From: a virus
Taxonomy: Duplodnaviria; Caudoviricetes
IMG/VR virus record: IMGVR_UViG_3300012844_000002
Location: 1 to 36,744 of that record
Strand: one strand, 5' to 3'
Length of the DNA: 36,744 bases
The number at the start of each line of letters is the position of its first letter. The first letter of the stretch is position 1. Below the pieces are notes generated by a model. The model was not told where the DNA came from. It saw only the letters and a program-made list of their open reading frames with translations, and searched no databases. A program made the translations under genes and the position numbers. Positions 1 through 6,769 of this stretch are shown here, one piece after another.

Positions 1-597
1 GCTGCCGCCCTTCACAGCGGCGTTTGTGCTGTCAGCGGATGCTAGTGGCAGGGTCTGGACAATCGTGAGGTCAAGCATTCGCAGGCCGTGCAGGCGGCAC
101 AGTGGGCGGCCCTGGTCGTCGCAGATGGCATCCATCGCCGCGCCCATGCGCTTCCACCAGGCTGCTGTGCCGGGTGATCGCCACTGCCCGGAACTGCCCA
201 AGGCGACCGTTCGCCAGGCTTGTGCTAAGCGCTGTAGCCGCTCGATCGACTCATGCATGTGCCAGACCGGCACGCCAGGCAGGTGGCCAGGCCATTGCTC
301 GAGCAAGCGGTCATTGGCCTCTTCGTCCCCATCTATCTCGTCGGGGATGAGTGCCCAGTCGAACCCGGGGTGCCGGTGCCAGTCATCCACCCAGCGGGTG
401 TAGCCGTACACGTCTACCTGGCCGCCCTTCTTCCAGACGGTGAACGCACCGTTGTCGAAGACGAAGGACTGACAGGCCTCTGCGATGATGCCCATATCGT
501 CTTGGCGTGGGAACGGCACCAACGCGTGCCGGCCGGCCAGTAGCCGTGCTGCATCCTGCCGCGTACCGCCAATCGGCGTGCCGTGGTAATGGATCAT
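1..597 (-). CDS. TGT/DpdA-like guanine transglycosylase, 3' end truncated by the window edge
   Basis: Not in the ORF track. Manual translation from ATG 597 is open for 199 codons: MIHYHGTPIGG...FVFDNGAFTVWKKG...ALIPDEIDGD...GVPVWHMHES...VALGSSG...RLHGLRML...LASADSTNA. DNGAF, PD, PVxH, ALG, HGL and SADS match TGT-fold motif order. Confidence 0.8.
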   Translation of the reverse strand, partial: MIHYHGTPIGGTRQDAARLLAGRHALVPFPRQDDMGIIAEACQSFVFDNGAFTVWKKGGQVDVYGYTRWVDDWHRHPGFDWALIPDEIDGDEEANDRLLEQWPGHLPGVPVWHMHESIERLQRLAQAWRTVALGSSGQWRSPGTAAWWKRMGAAMDAICDDQGRPLCRLHGLRMLDLTIVQTLPLASADSTNAAVKGGS

Positions 598-860
598 CCG
601 CTCAACCTCACCGTTTCGATCTCGACGCCCTGGTGCACGGCCTTGATCACCTGATCACCGCCGAAGCGCTCTGCGAGGTTGTCGGCGATCTGCTGGTGCC
701 AGCCCTGCTTGATCAGCGCGGTGGCGGTCTTGATGTGCTCGACGCGGATCATCGCTCGGCTGCAAATCGCCAAGCTGTAGACGATGACCTCGCCGTCACC
801 AGGGCAGGTCGCAGTGAACAGGTGCCGGTAGGTGTTTCTGGATCGGTTTTCTGTGGGCAT
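594..860 (-). CDS. Small QueF-like (QueF-L, T-fold) protein
   Basis: 88 aa; FTATCP..G, IRVEHI, WHQQIA, HQGVEIET resemble QueF FTSLCP / VE / HE / RGGI motifs; ATGA overlap with the TGT-like gene. Confidence 0.65.
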   Translation of the reverse strand: MPTENRSRNTYRHLFTATCPGDGEVIVYSLAICSRAMIRVEHIKTATALIKQGWHQQIADNLAERFGGDQVIKAVHQGVEIETVRLSG

Positions 861-912
861 GGGGATACCTCGCGGTTATATTTCACGCGGATCTAAATAG
901 AGGGTGTCAGGG

Positions 913-1347
913 ATGTGGCTGTGGCAGAACTATCTTAAGTACCGCGTTGCTTTGCGGAAGCAGGCGAAGGCACAGGAGGCGCTGGATAAAGAATACCCAC
1001 CAGATGAGCCTGAGGAGCTGACAAACAGTTGGATGTCTGACTACGTCAAAAGGGAAGACGGCCTGCTGCACTGGAAGTGGCTTATCCACACCGAGTACCT
1101 ACGCAACAAAGCAGACGTTCTGGATGCACAAATGCCTGACATCACTGAGCCAGGAATGTATGGGCGGGTCGAGTGGGATGATGATCCAAAGCAACCCTAC
1201 TACCTTACTGAGAAAGGCATAAGAGCTGCCCGCGATGCAATCAGGGCGGAGGAGAATCATCGACGCCAGGCGGTAGGGTATTGGTTTGGGATGGTGATGG
1301 CTTTGATTGCGGCTGTTACTGGATTGGTATCTGCATTCAAGGGCTAG
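913..1347 (+). CDS. Moron, hypothetical protein with C-terminal transmembrane helix
   Basis: Opposite strand to neighbours, more AT-rich; GAGGG RBS before ATG 913; hydrophobic C-terminus YWFGMVMALIAAVTGLVSAF. Confidence 0.7.
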   Translation: MWLWQNYLKYRVALRKQAKAQEALDKEYPPDEPEELTNSWMSDYVKREDGLLHWKWLIHTEYLRNKADVLDAQMPDITEPGMYGRVEWDDDPKQPYYLTEKGIRAARDAIRAEENHRRQAVGYWFGMVMALIAAVTGLVSAFKG

Positions 1348-1348
1348 A

Positions 1349-2218
1349 TTAGTCACCGCAGAAGCAGTCGATGTCTTCGGCTAGGAAGTCGAAATCAAAA
1401 TCCGTCTGCCTGGCTCGCTGATCGGCTGACCAGGCGAGCGCCCTGTAATTGGGGCGGTCCTGCCGGAATACCTGGCCGAACCTTTCTTCTGTGCCAGACC
1501 ACCAGATCACCCTGGACGGGTCTTCCTGGATGGTCCTGATCAGCTTGGCCTCGTTCTTTTTCCAGCACAGGTCGCAGTTGCCGTAGTCCGAGTCCATGCC
1601 CAGGTCGAAAGCCTGTTCGGCCCAGAAAGCCGCCACGTTTTTCTTGATGACGCCCGCGACGTAGGATGGGCAGACGCTATCCCATCGCGCATTGCCGCGT
1701 TCGTTGGCGGTCATCATTCGGCTGTAGCGGCGGGGCTCGTCGTAGCGGATTCCGACGATGCAGTCCCACTCGTCGTAGCCCAGGGCGCGCATGTGCTTCT
1801 CGCCGATCTTCACCTTGAGGTAGGCGGTGCACATGTTGTTGCTGAAGTTCGGCAAAACCGCTGGCAGGTTCTTCTCAGCCTTCCGGTATGCCTGGTAGTA
1901 CTCGAGCATCATGGTGAAGGGCTCGCCATTGCGGCTGGCCGTCTCGAAGTCGACGATCTTGTACCAGGGCGCGTCGTCCGGCTGCCCGTACACCCGGCAC
2001 CACTCCATCCAGACGATTTTGACCCCCCAGTGCTTGGCCATGGCGTCGATGAAGACCAACGTCTCCTCGCGCTCCTTGCCGGTGTTCTGGAAGAAGGCGT
2101 GCACTTCTGCCGGTAGCTTGCCGCCGTGGGCTTCGAGGATTTTCCAGAGCATGTGCCCGCTGGTGCGACCACCACTGACGCCGATCTGCGCCGGTCCAGT
2201 GATTTGATAGGGATTCAT
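1349..2218 (-). CDS. PAPS-reductase-like adenine nucleotide alpha-hydrolase (PP-loop) protein
   Basis: VSGGRTSG PP-loop, FQNTGKEREETL, CTAYLK, VGIRYDEPRR, GNCDLCWKK, terminal CFCGD; GGAG RBS before ATG 2218. Confidence 0.85.
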   Translation of the reverse strand: MNPYQITGPAQIGVSGGRTSGHMLWKILEAHGGKLPAEVHAFFQNTGKEREETLVFIDAMAKHWGVKIVWMEWCRVYGQPDDAPWYKIVDFETASRNGEPFTMMLEYYQAYRKAEKNLPAVLPNFSNNMCTAYLKVKIGEKHMRALGYDEWDCIVGIRYDEPRRYSRMMTANERGNARWDSVCPSYVAGVIKKNVAAFWAEQAFDLGMDSDYGNCDLCWKKNEAKLIRTIQEDPSRVIWWSGTEERFGQVFRQDRPNYRALAWSADQRARQTDFDFDFLAEDIDCFCGD

Positions 2219-2270
2219 GGCAATCTCCATTGCAGGCGCCGCCCTCGCCGGGGAGGCGTGAAAGTTGGTA
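2216..2270 (-). repeat. Hairpin + RBS leader repeat, copy A
   Basis: TACCAAC...GCCTCCCCGGCGAGGGCGGCGCCTGCAATGGAGATTGCCATG aligns with 3604-3658. Confidence 0.75.
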
Positions 2271-2338
2271 TTTGTGATGGCTCTGTGCTATCGCTTAGCA
2301 ATGACATGAGGTCGCTCAGCACCGCACAGGAGATGGCG

Positions 2339-2578
2339 ATGGATATCGAGCCAAGCAATCAACAAGTAGCAATCGAAGTCGGGATTGAAGAAGAGCAAGT
2401 GGAGCGGTATCGACGCGAGTCGTTGCTATTGGGAGATGGATCTTGGCTTGTCCATTTCGCCTATGAGATGCCGAAAGAGCTCCGGCACCGCTTCATTGGA
2501 AGCTTCACTGCGATAGTGAAGGCGAATGCTCCAGGGGGGGAGGACAGGGAGTATGGGGAGTATTTCAGCTCGCCATAG
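2339..2578 (+). CDS. Moron, hypothetical protein (79 aa)
   Basis: AGGAG RBS 6 nt before ATG 2339; opposite strand to the early operon. Confidence 0.6.
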   Translation: MDIEPSNQQVAIEVGIEEEQVERYRRESLLLGDGSWLVHFAYEMPKELRHRFIGSFTAIVKANAPGGEDREYGEYFSSP

Positions 2579-2734
2579 CCAAGGAGGCATTGTCGTTTAA
2601 TGGGAAGACGTTGGCGGGTAGCACCAGGGAATATTGAGCAATAAGTTCGCCGATCACCGTGGTAGTAAAGGTGACCTGGTAATTGAAGGGTAATATGGGA
2701 CACTGGCATGAGGCCGGCTAAAATGGAATCGGAA

Positions 2735-2962
2735 ATGTCTTTGAACGATATGCAGCAGCATGAGTTGCTTGCGCTTCTTGCTGCTGGTGCAGCTTTGGAG
2801 CTGCCACTTGGTACGCGTCAGCAGCAAGACTTAGTGGCGCTCGCTGTGGCCGCAAGGGAAGCAGGATCCCATCTCACGCTCACTGATACTGCGTTCCGCC
2901 AGCAACAGGATTTAGTCGCTATCGCAATGGCTGGCAGGGGCCATCTAACAATCAAGAATTGA
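2735..2962 (+). CDS. Moron, small protein with internal repeat (RQQQDLVAxA)
   Basis: Three imperfect repeats MQQHELLALL / RQQQDLVALA / RQQQDLVAIA. Confidence 0.7.
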   Translation: MSLNDMQQHELLALLAAGAALELPLGTRQQQDLVALAVAAREAGSHLTLTDTAFRQQQDLVAIAMAGRGHLTIKN

Positions 2963-3046
2963 GAGCTTCGTTCGCGGCAGTCGGGATCCAGATAGCAGAT
3001 GGTCAGTACTGCCGTCTCCGAGAAGGCGTTATCGGTGAATAGGGGA

Positions 3047-3067
3047 CGGCGCTGGCGGGCAGCGCCG
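3047..3067. terminator. GC-rich hairpin between convergent genes
   Basis: CGGCGCTG-gcggg-CAGCGCCG perfect 8-bp stem; no clear U-tract. Confidence 0.4.
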
Positions 3068-3072
3068 GATGG

Positions 3073-3606
3073 TCAGGCCGTGACGCGCTCGCCGATGACC
3101 GCAGTGCTATAGGTGACTTCGTAGTTCAGTGTTAGCTCGAAGGAAGTCGCGCAGTGTGGGCACTTGCACTCGTCCGGATACTCGAAGTCTGATGCGTCGA
3201 ATTCCGCCTCGGCAAACTTGGCCAGGGCCTTCGCTTTGGTTGCAGCGTCAATGCGATCCTGGCAAGGCTTACAGGTGAAGCCTTCGGAGTGACCCCAGGG
3301 CGTCTCGGTGAGCTTCGAGCGATGGGTTCCGCAGTAGTGACAGGCGTTGTGCTTGTCGCAGACGATGTAGCTCCACTTTCCCGTTGTGCCGTTGCACTTG
3401 TTGCAGCCCGAAACCCAGTACCAGGCGCCGTCGATGCGCTCGGCGTACAGTCCCTTTTCCGGCGGCTCAAGTTTTACTTCCGGCAGGCCGTTGCGGTGAG
3501 GCCGGTCGTGATTCTTGCCGTTCCAGATGTTGGTGTGGCCGGAGCGGGTGCGGTCGGTCCATTCGCCAGGTATCTCGGCGATGAGGATCTTGGTGTGCTT
3601 GTCCAT
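3073..3606 (-). CDS. Hypothetical multi-zinc-finger phage protein
   Basis: CNKC, CDKH, CHYC, CKPC, CPHC motifs; GGAG RBS before ATG 3606. Confidence 0.75.
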   Translation of the reverse strand: MDKHTKILIAEIPGEWTDRTRSGHTNIWNGKNHDRPHRNGLPEVKLEPPEKGLYAERIDGAWYWVSGCNKCNGTTGKWSYIVCDKHNACHYCGTHRSKLTETPWGHSEGFTCKPCQDRIDAATKAKALAKFAEAEFDASDFEYPDECKCPHCATSFELTLNYEVTYSTAVIGERVTA

Positions 3607-3658
3607 GGCTTTCTCCATGCATGCGCCGCCCTCCGTGGCCGGATGGCATGTGTTGGTA
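3604..3658 (-). repeat. Hairpin + RBS leader repeat, copy B
   Basis: TACCAACACATGCCATCCGGCCACGGAGGGCGGCGCATGCATGGAGAAAGCCATG. Confidence 0.75.
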
Positions 3659-3705
3659 CGGGAGTTGCTCTACCCTTGAACAATCTTTAATTGGGGGAGC
3701 GGGCA

Positions 3706-3801
3706 ATGACTCAGAACGATGTGCGCTACATGTTCTTCGTTGTAGGTGCTGTGCTGGTTCTAACTGTGGTGGGGGTATTGGTTTTTATTAGGTCCATCTG
3801 A
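3706..3801 (+). CDS. 31-aa single-TM micro-peptide
   Basis: MTQNDVRYMFFVVGAVLVLTVVGVLVFIRSI*; GGGGAG RBS; below the ORF-track cutoff. Confidence 0.6.
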   Translation: MTQNDVRYMFFVVGAVLVLTVVGVLVFIRSI

Positions 3802-3931
3802 GCATCCAGTGGGTGGTACTACCCTGAATTGGGGGCCGCATGGTGATGGGACTGGTAGGTCACGGGAAGCGATCCTACGCGGACATCTAGGGCTCGTGCT
3901 GAATAGACACAGCCAACTGGAGAGACTAGCT

Positions 3932-4039
3932 ATGACACAGGACAGTATTTATTACCTTGTTTTCATTTCGGCCACTGTGCTGATGTTGTGTGCTGCAGCC
4001 TCCATGGCATTCATTGAGGTGTTTTTTGCCATTCCATAG
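3932..4039 (+). CDS. 35-aa single-TM micro-peptide, apparent paralogue of 3706..3801
   Basis: MTQDSIYYLVFISATVLMLCAAASMAFIEVFFAIP*; GGAG RBS. Confidence 0.6.
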   Translation: MTQDSIYYLVFISATVLMLCAAASMAFIEVFFAIP

Positions 4040-4080
4040 CATTAAGCGGGCTGCCATTTGATGGAAGAAGTGCCGTAACT

Positions 4081-4443
4081 TCAAGTGTACGCCGAGAGTA
4101 GAAGTACGCCTGTGTCGTCGGGGTCGTCCCCAAGCATAAGGGCCGGCGCACGCAGTTCGCGGCTGATCCGGAAGTGGTCGAGCTTGCGCACCACAGCGGG
4201 TGATATCTCGATTTCGTGGCGCGGAGCACTGAGGAAATGACGGGCCGCTTCAGGCCCTAATTCATGAATGCGGTGGATCAGAAGAGTCATAGCCTCGCCG
4301 TTTTCCTCGACCTCGGCCCAGTCCTTGATCTCGTCCAGCGCCTGGCGCGTGCCTGGGCGGACCTTCATTCGCAGGTCTTCTTCCTGCAGCTTGGCGGCCT
4401 TGGCCCTGCGCTTCTCGTCACGCTGCTGCTGCATCAGGGCCAT
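4081..4443 (-). CDS. Hypothetical phage protein
   Basis: GGAGG RBS before ATG 4443; phage-like codon usage. Confidence 0.7.
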   Translation of the reverse strand: MALMQQQRDEKRRAKAAKLQEEDLRMKVRPGTRQALDEIKDWAEVEENGEAMTLLIHRIHELGPEAARHFLSAPRHEIEISPAVVRKLDHFRISRELRAPALMLGDDPDDTGVLLLSAYT

Positions 4444-4783
4444 CACCGCCTCCATTGCGTACGAACGCGGTGCCCGGGGCGTACTCCAGCAGGTCGCATA
4501 CCCGGTTGATGATCTTGAGCGCGGCGTCGAAGACTTTGGCGTCGTCCGGCTCGCGGGCTAGGCGCTTCATGTTCGGCTGGTGCTCCAAGCACACTTTGTC
4601 GACCAGGCGCCAGGCCAGCCTGCGCAGGTGGTCCGCGCTGTCGTGCTCTCGCAGGCTCAGCGCGAAGGCCAGGGCGACCTCATCAGCACGGTACTGGCCG
4701 CCGCTGCGGGTGTTGTACAGCTTCTTGACCGGGCGATTCATCCAGGCCGGCAGGGTTACGACTCCAGAGGGTGCTTTCTGCAT
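4418..4783 (-). CDS. Hypothetical phage protein
   Basis: 121-aa ORF co-oriented and packed in the operon. Confidence 0.7.
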   Translation of the reverse strand: MQKAPSGVVTLPAWMNRPVKKLYNTRSGGQYRADEVALAFALSLREHDSADHLRRLAWRLVDKVCLEHQPNMKRLAREPDDAKVFDAALKIINRVCDLLEYAPGTAFVRNGGGDGPDAAAA

Positions 4784-4855
4784 TTCGGTGCTCCGTGAGG
4801 CCGCTTGGCGGCAGGTGGAACTGGTCTTGCCTGCGGCGCTGGCGGACCTGATTTT

Positions 4856-5374
4856 TTAGACCGGACCGTCGCATCGCTTACCCTCAACCTTGGGATAGTC
4901 GACGCCGAACAGGTGGATGACCCTACAGAACTTGCGGTCGGAGATGCCCAGCTTGGTCTTGGCTTCGTGCCGGTTAAGACCAGCATCGCGCAACTGGGTG
5001 ATCTTGGCAGCCAGGGCCTTGTCCGCTTCGGGGTCTGCATAGGCCCTGTTCTTCTCCCCGCGACCGCGCTTGGGATCGGGCCTGAAGCAGAAGCAGCCTT
5101 CCATAGCCGCCCGGTACAGCGTGGTCTGGGCCAGGCCAGTGTGCTCCATGGCTTCGGCATAGGTCATGGTCTTGGCCAGCTTGCGCAGCTCGGCCAGCTG
5201 CTCTTGGCGCTTCTGCGCCTTCTGGCTGATCGGCTTTGGCTGCACGGCGCGAACCTGCTCGATGTCGCGATGCGGGCGGTGCGGCACGTACTGGAAACCG
5301 TCGAGCACGATGATGCTGCCTCCAGAGGCAAGGAAGGCCGCTTTGGCGGCCTCCAGGTCGATTGATGGGTTCAT
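4856..5374 (-). CDS. Hypothetical protein with two HTH-like segments
   Basis: Start MNPSIDLEAAKAAF after GGAGG; MTYAEAMEHTGLAQTTLYR and GLNRHEAKTKLGISDRKFCR. Confidence 0.7.
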   Translation of the reverse strand: MNPSIDLEAAKAAFLASGGSIIVLDGFQYVPHRPHRDIEQVRAVQPKPISQKAQKRQEQLAELRKLAKTMTYAEAMEHTGLAQTTLYRAAMEGCFCFRPDPKRGRGEKNRAYADPEADKALAAKITQLRDAGLNRHEAKTKLGISDRKFCRVIHLFGVDYPKVEGKRCDGPV

Positions 5375-5382
5375 GGGGCCTC

Positions 5383-6000
5383 CTATGCTGCGATGCCGAG
5401 CACGCGGTTCATCCGATCGTCGAGGATTTCGTAGAAGGTCTTCACGCGCTCCGAGAGCTTGCGGATCATTGCCTCGTCCCGGTATGCGCGCTTCACGAAC
5501 AGCGGCATGCCAGGCCAGTAGCAGATGAAATCGATCCACTCGCGCTCCGACACCCAAAGGCCGCCCTGGCACTGGGCGACGTGCTCCTTCGGAATCTCTC
5601 CACCGAGGATCACGTCAACCTGCAGCTTCGGCAGCTTGGTCTTGATCTCGGTCAGACCGCTATCTCCGACCAGAGCGTCTGGCGAGTAGCCGATGCCGTG
5701 GTTGAGGATGATCCCGACCTCGGTTGTCTCGACCTCCTCGCTGTCGCGGTAGAGATTGCGTGCAACCCCTTCCAACTCGTGGCCACGCTCCGTGTGGCGG
5801 TTTCCGCTGAATGGATCGGCTGCTTCGCCGGTGATGCGTTCGCCGATCAGCGTGTTCATGTACGTGAAGGCGCCGGCACCGAAACCCGATTCGCCCTTGC
5901 CGTTCACCAGCAGGCAGTCCAGCTCACTGCAGGTGATGATGCCCAGGCGCAGGTCAAGCCAGGCCTGGGTGCCTTGTTCGACGTCTGAGATGATCTGCAT
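5383..6000 (-). CDS. YqaJ / lambda-exonuclease family recombination nuclease
   Basis: QGTQAWLDLRLGIIT, ERGHELE, YSPDALV, EIK, QCQGGLWV motifs. Confidence 0.92.
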   Translation of the reverse strand: MQIISDVEQGTQAWLDLRLGIITCSELDCLLVNGKGESGFGAGAFTYMNTLIGERITGEAADPFSGNRHTERGHELEGVARNLYRDSEEVETTEVGIILNHGIGYSPDALVGDSGLTEIKTKLPKLQVDVILGGEIPKEHVAQCQGGLWVSEREWIDFICYWPGMPLFVKRAYRDEAMIRKLSERVKTFYEILDDRMNRVLGIAA

Positions 6001-6003
6001 GGT

Positions 6004-6762
6004 TTACTCCTGCGGACGGTTGGCCGACTTGGTGAGGCGGGCGAGCACAGCATCGAACTCGGATTTGTAGACGTTGGCGGCGCAGCCGTACTTGGCCGTG
6101 AAGTGGTCGACCAGCACCTGGCTGCATTTTTTCAGCAGCGCGTCGAGCTGTGCAGCCTGCCGCGGGGTGATGACCGGCTCGTCTGGCTGCTGCACCTGAT
6201 TCGCACCTTGGCCGTCATCGTCTTCACCGGTGGTGGTGAAATTCAGTAGGGCGCCAGCGGTATAGCGCTTGCCGTAGCTGACCGAACTGGCAACCGCTTG
6301 CACTGCGTTTTTGCTGCCTGTGGCATCGGCCGGCAACAGGATCGAGGTTGTTTCCCGGTGCCCGTCGCGATGGCTCAGCACGCCCTCAACCTCGATTCCT
6401 CGCTCGGTTCTCGGAATGCGGAATGTGAGCGCGAAGCCGTGTTTCGCGAGTATCGGCTTCAGCTCTTCGTTGATGTCTTCCCACAGGGCATAGGTAGATT
6501 GAACGTTCTTGTACTTGTCCCTGATGGCGCCGCGCTCACGAACCACCGGGAGCTCTTCCTGCATGGCGGCCAGGGCGGCATCGAATGCTTGTTGAGCCTG
6601 CTGCGCTTGATGCTGGCGGTGCATCGCCATTAGCCGCTCCATCTTGTCGATGTCCGCGTTCGGCGACATTGCGACCTGCTGGATGATCTGCAGGATGGTC
6701 ACCGACTCGGTGGCGACGGCCGGCGGCTGGGATTGGGTTTCGACCCTGGCTACTTGGCTCAT
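6004..6762 (-). CDS. ERF-family single-strand annealing protein
   Basis: YALWEDI...PILAKHG, LSHRDGH, QAVASSVSYGKRYT; adjacent to the exonuclease. Confidence 0.88.
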   Translation of the reverse strand: MSQVARVETQSQPPAVATESVTILQIIQQVAMSPNADIDKMERLMAMHRQHQAQQAQQAFDAALAAMQEELPVVRERGAIRDKYKNVQSTYALWEDINEELKPILAKHGFALTFRIPRTERGIEVEGVLSHRDGHRETTSILLPADATGSKNAVQAVASSVSYGKRYTAGALLNFTTTGEDDDGQGANQVQQPDEPVITPRQAAQLDALLKKCSQVLVDHFTAKYGCAANVYKSEFDAVLARLTKSANRPQE

Positions 6763-6769
6763 GGCGACC

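Noticed and set aside
26-896. Plus-strand ORFs listed at the left edge
   Set aside because: No motifs; they are antisense to the TGT-like and QueF-like genes
1349-2218. True CysH sulfate-assimilation gene or a dnd phosphorothioate operon
   Set aside because: Lacks the C-terminal ECGLH of CysH; no dndB/D/E or ssp genes in the window
2535-2541. G7 homopolymer in a moron as a phase-variation tract
   Set aside because: Too short and close to the 3' end; no supporting evidence
4683-4874. Arg-rich ORF MRRSGLKNQVRQRRRQ as a possible N antiterminator
   Set aside because: Far downstream of pL, overlaps the next gene by 100 nt, no other N features; may be a small real gene but unsupported as N
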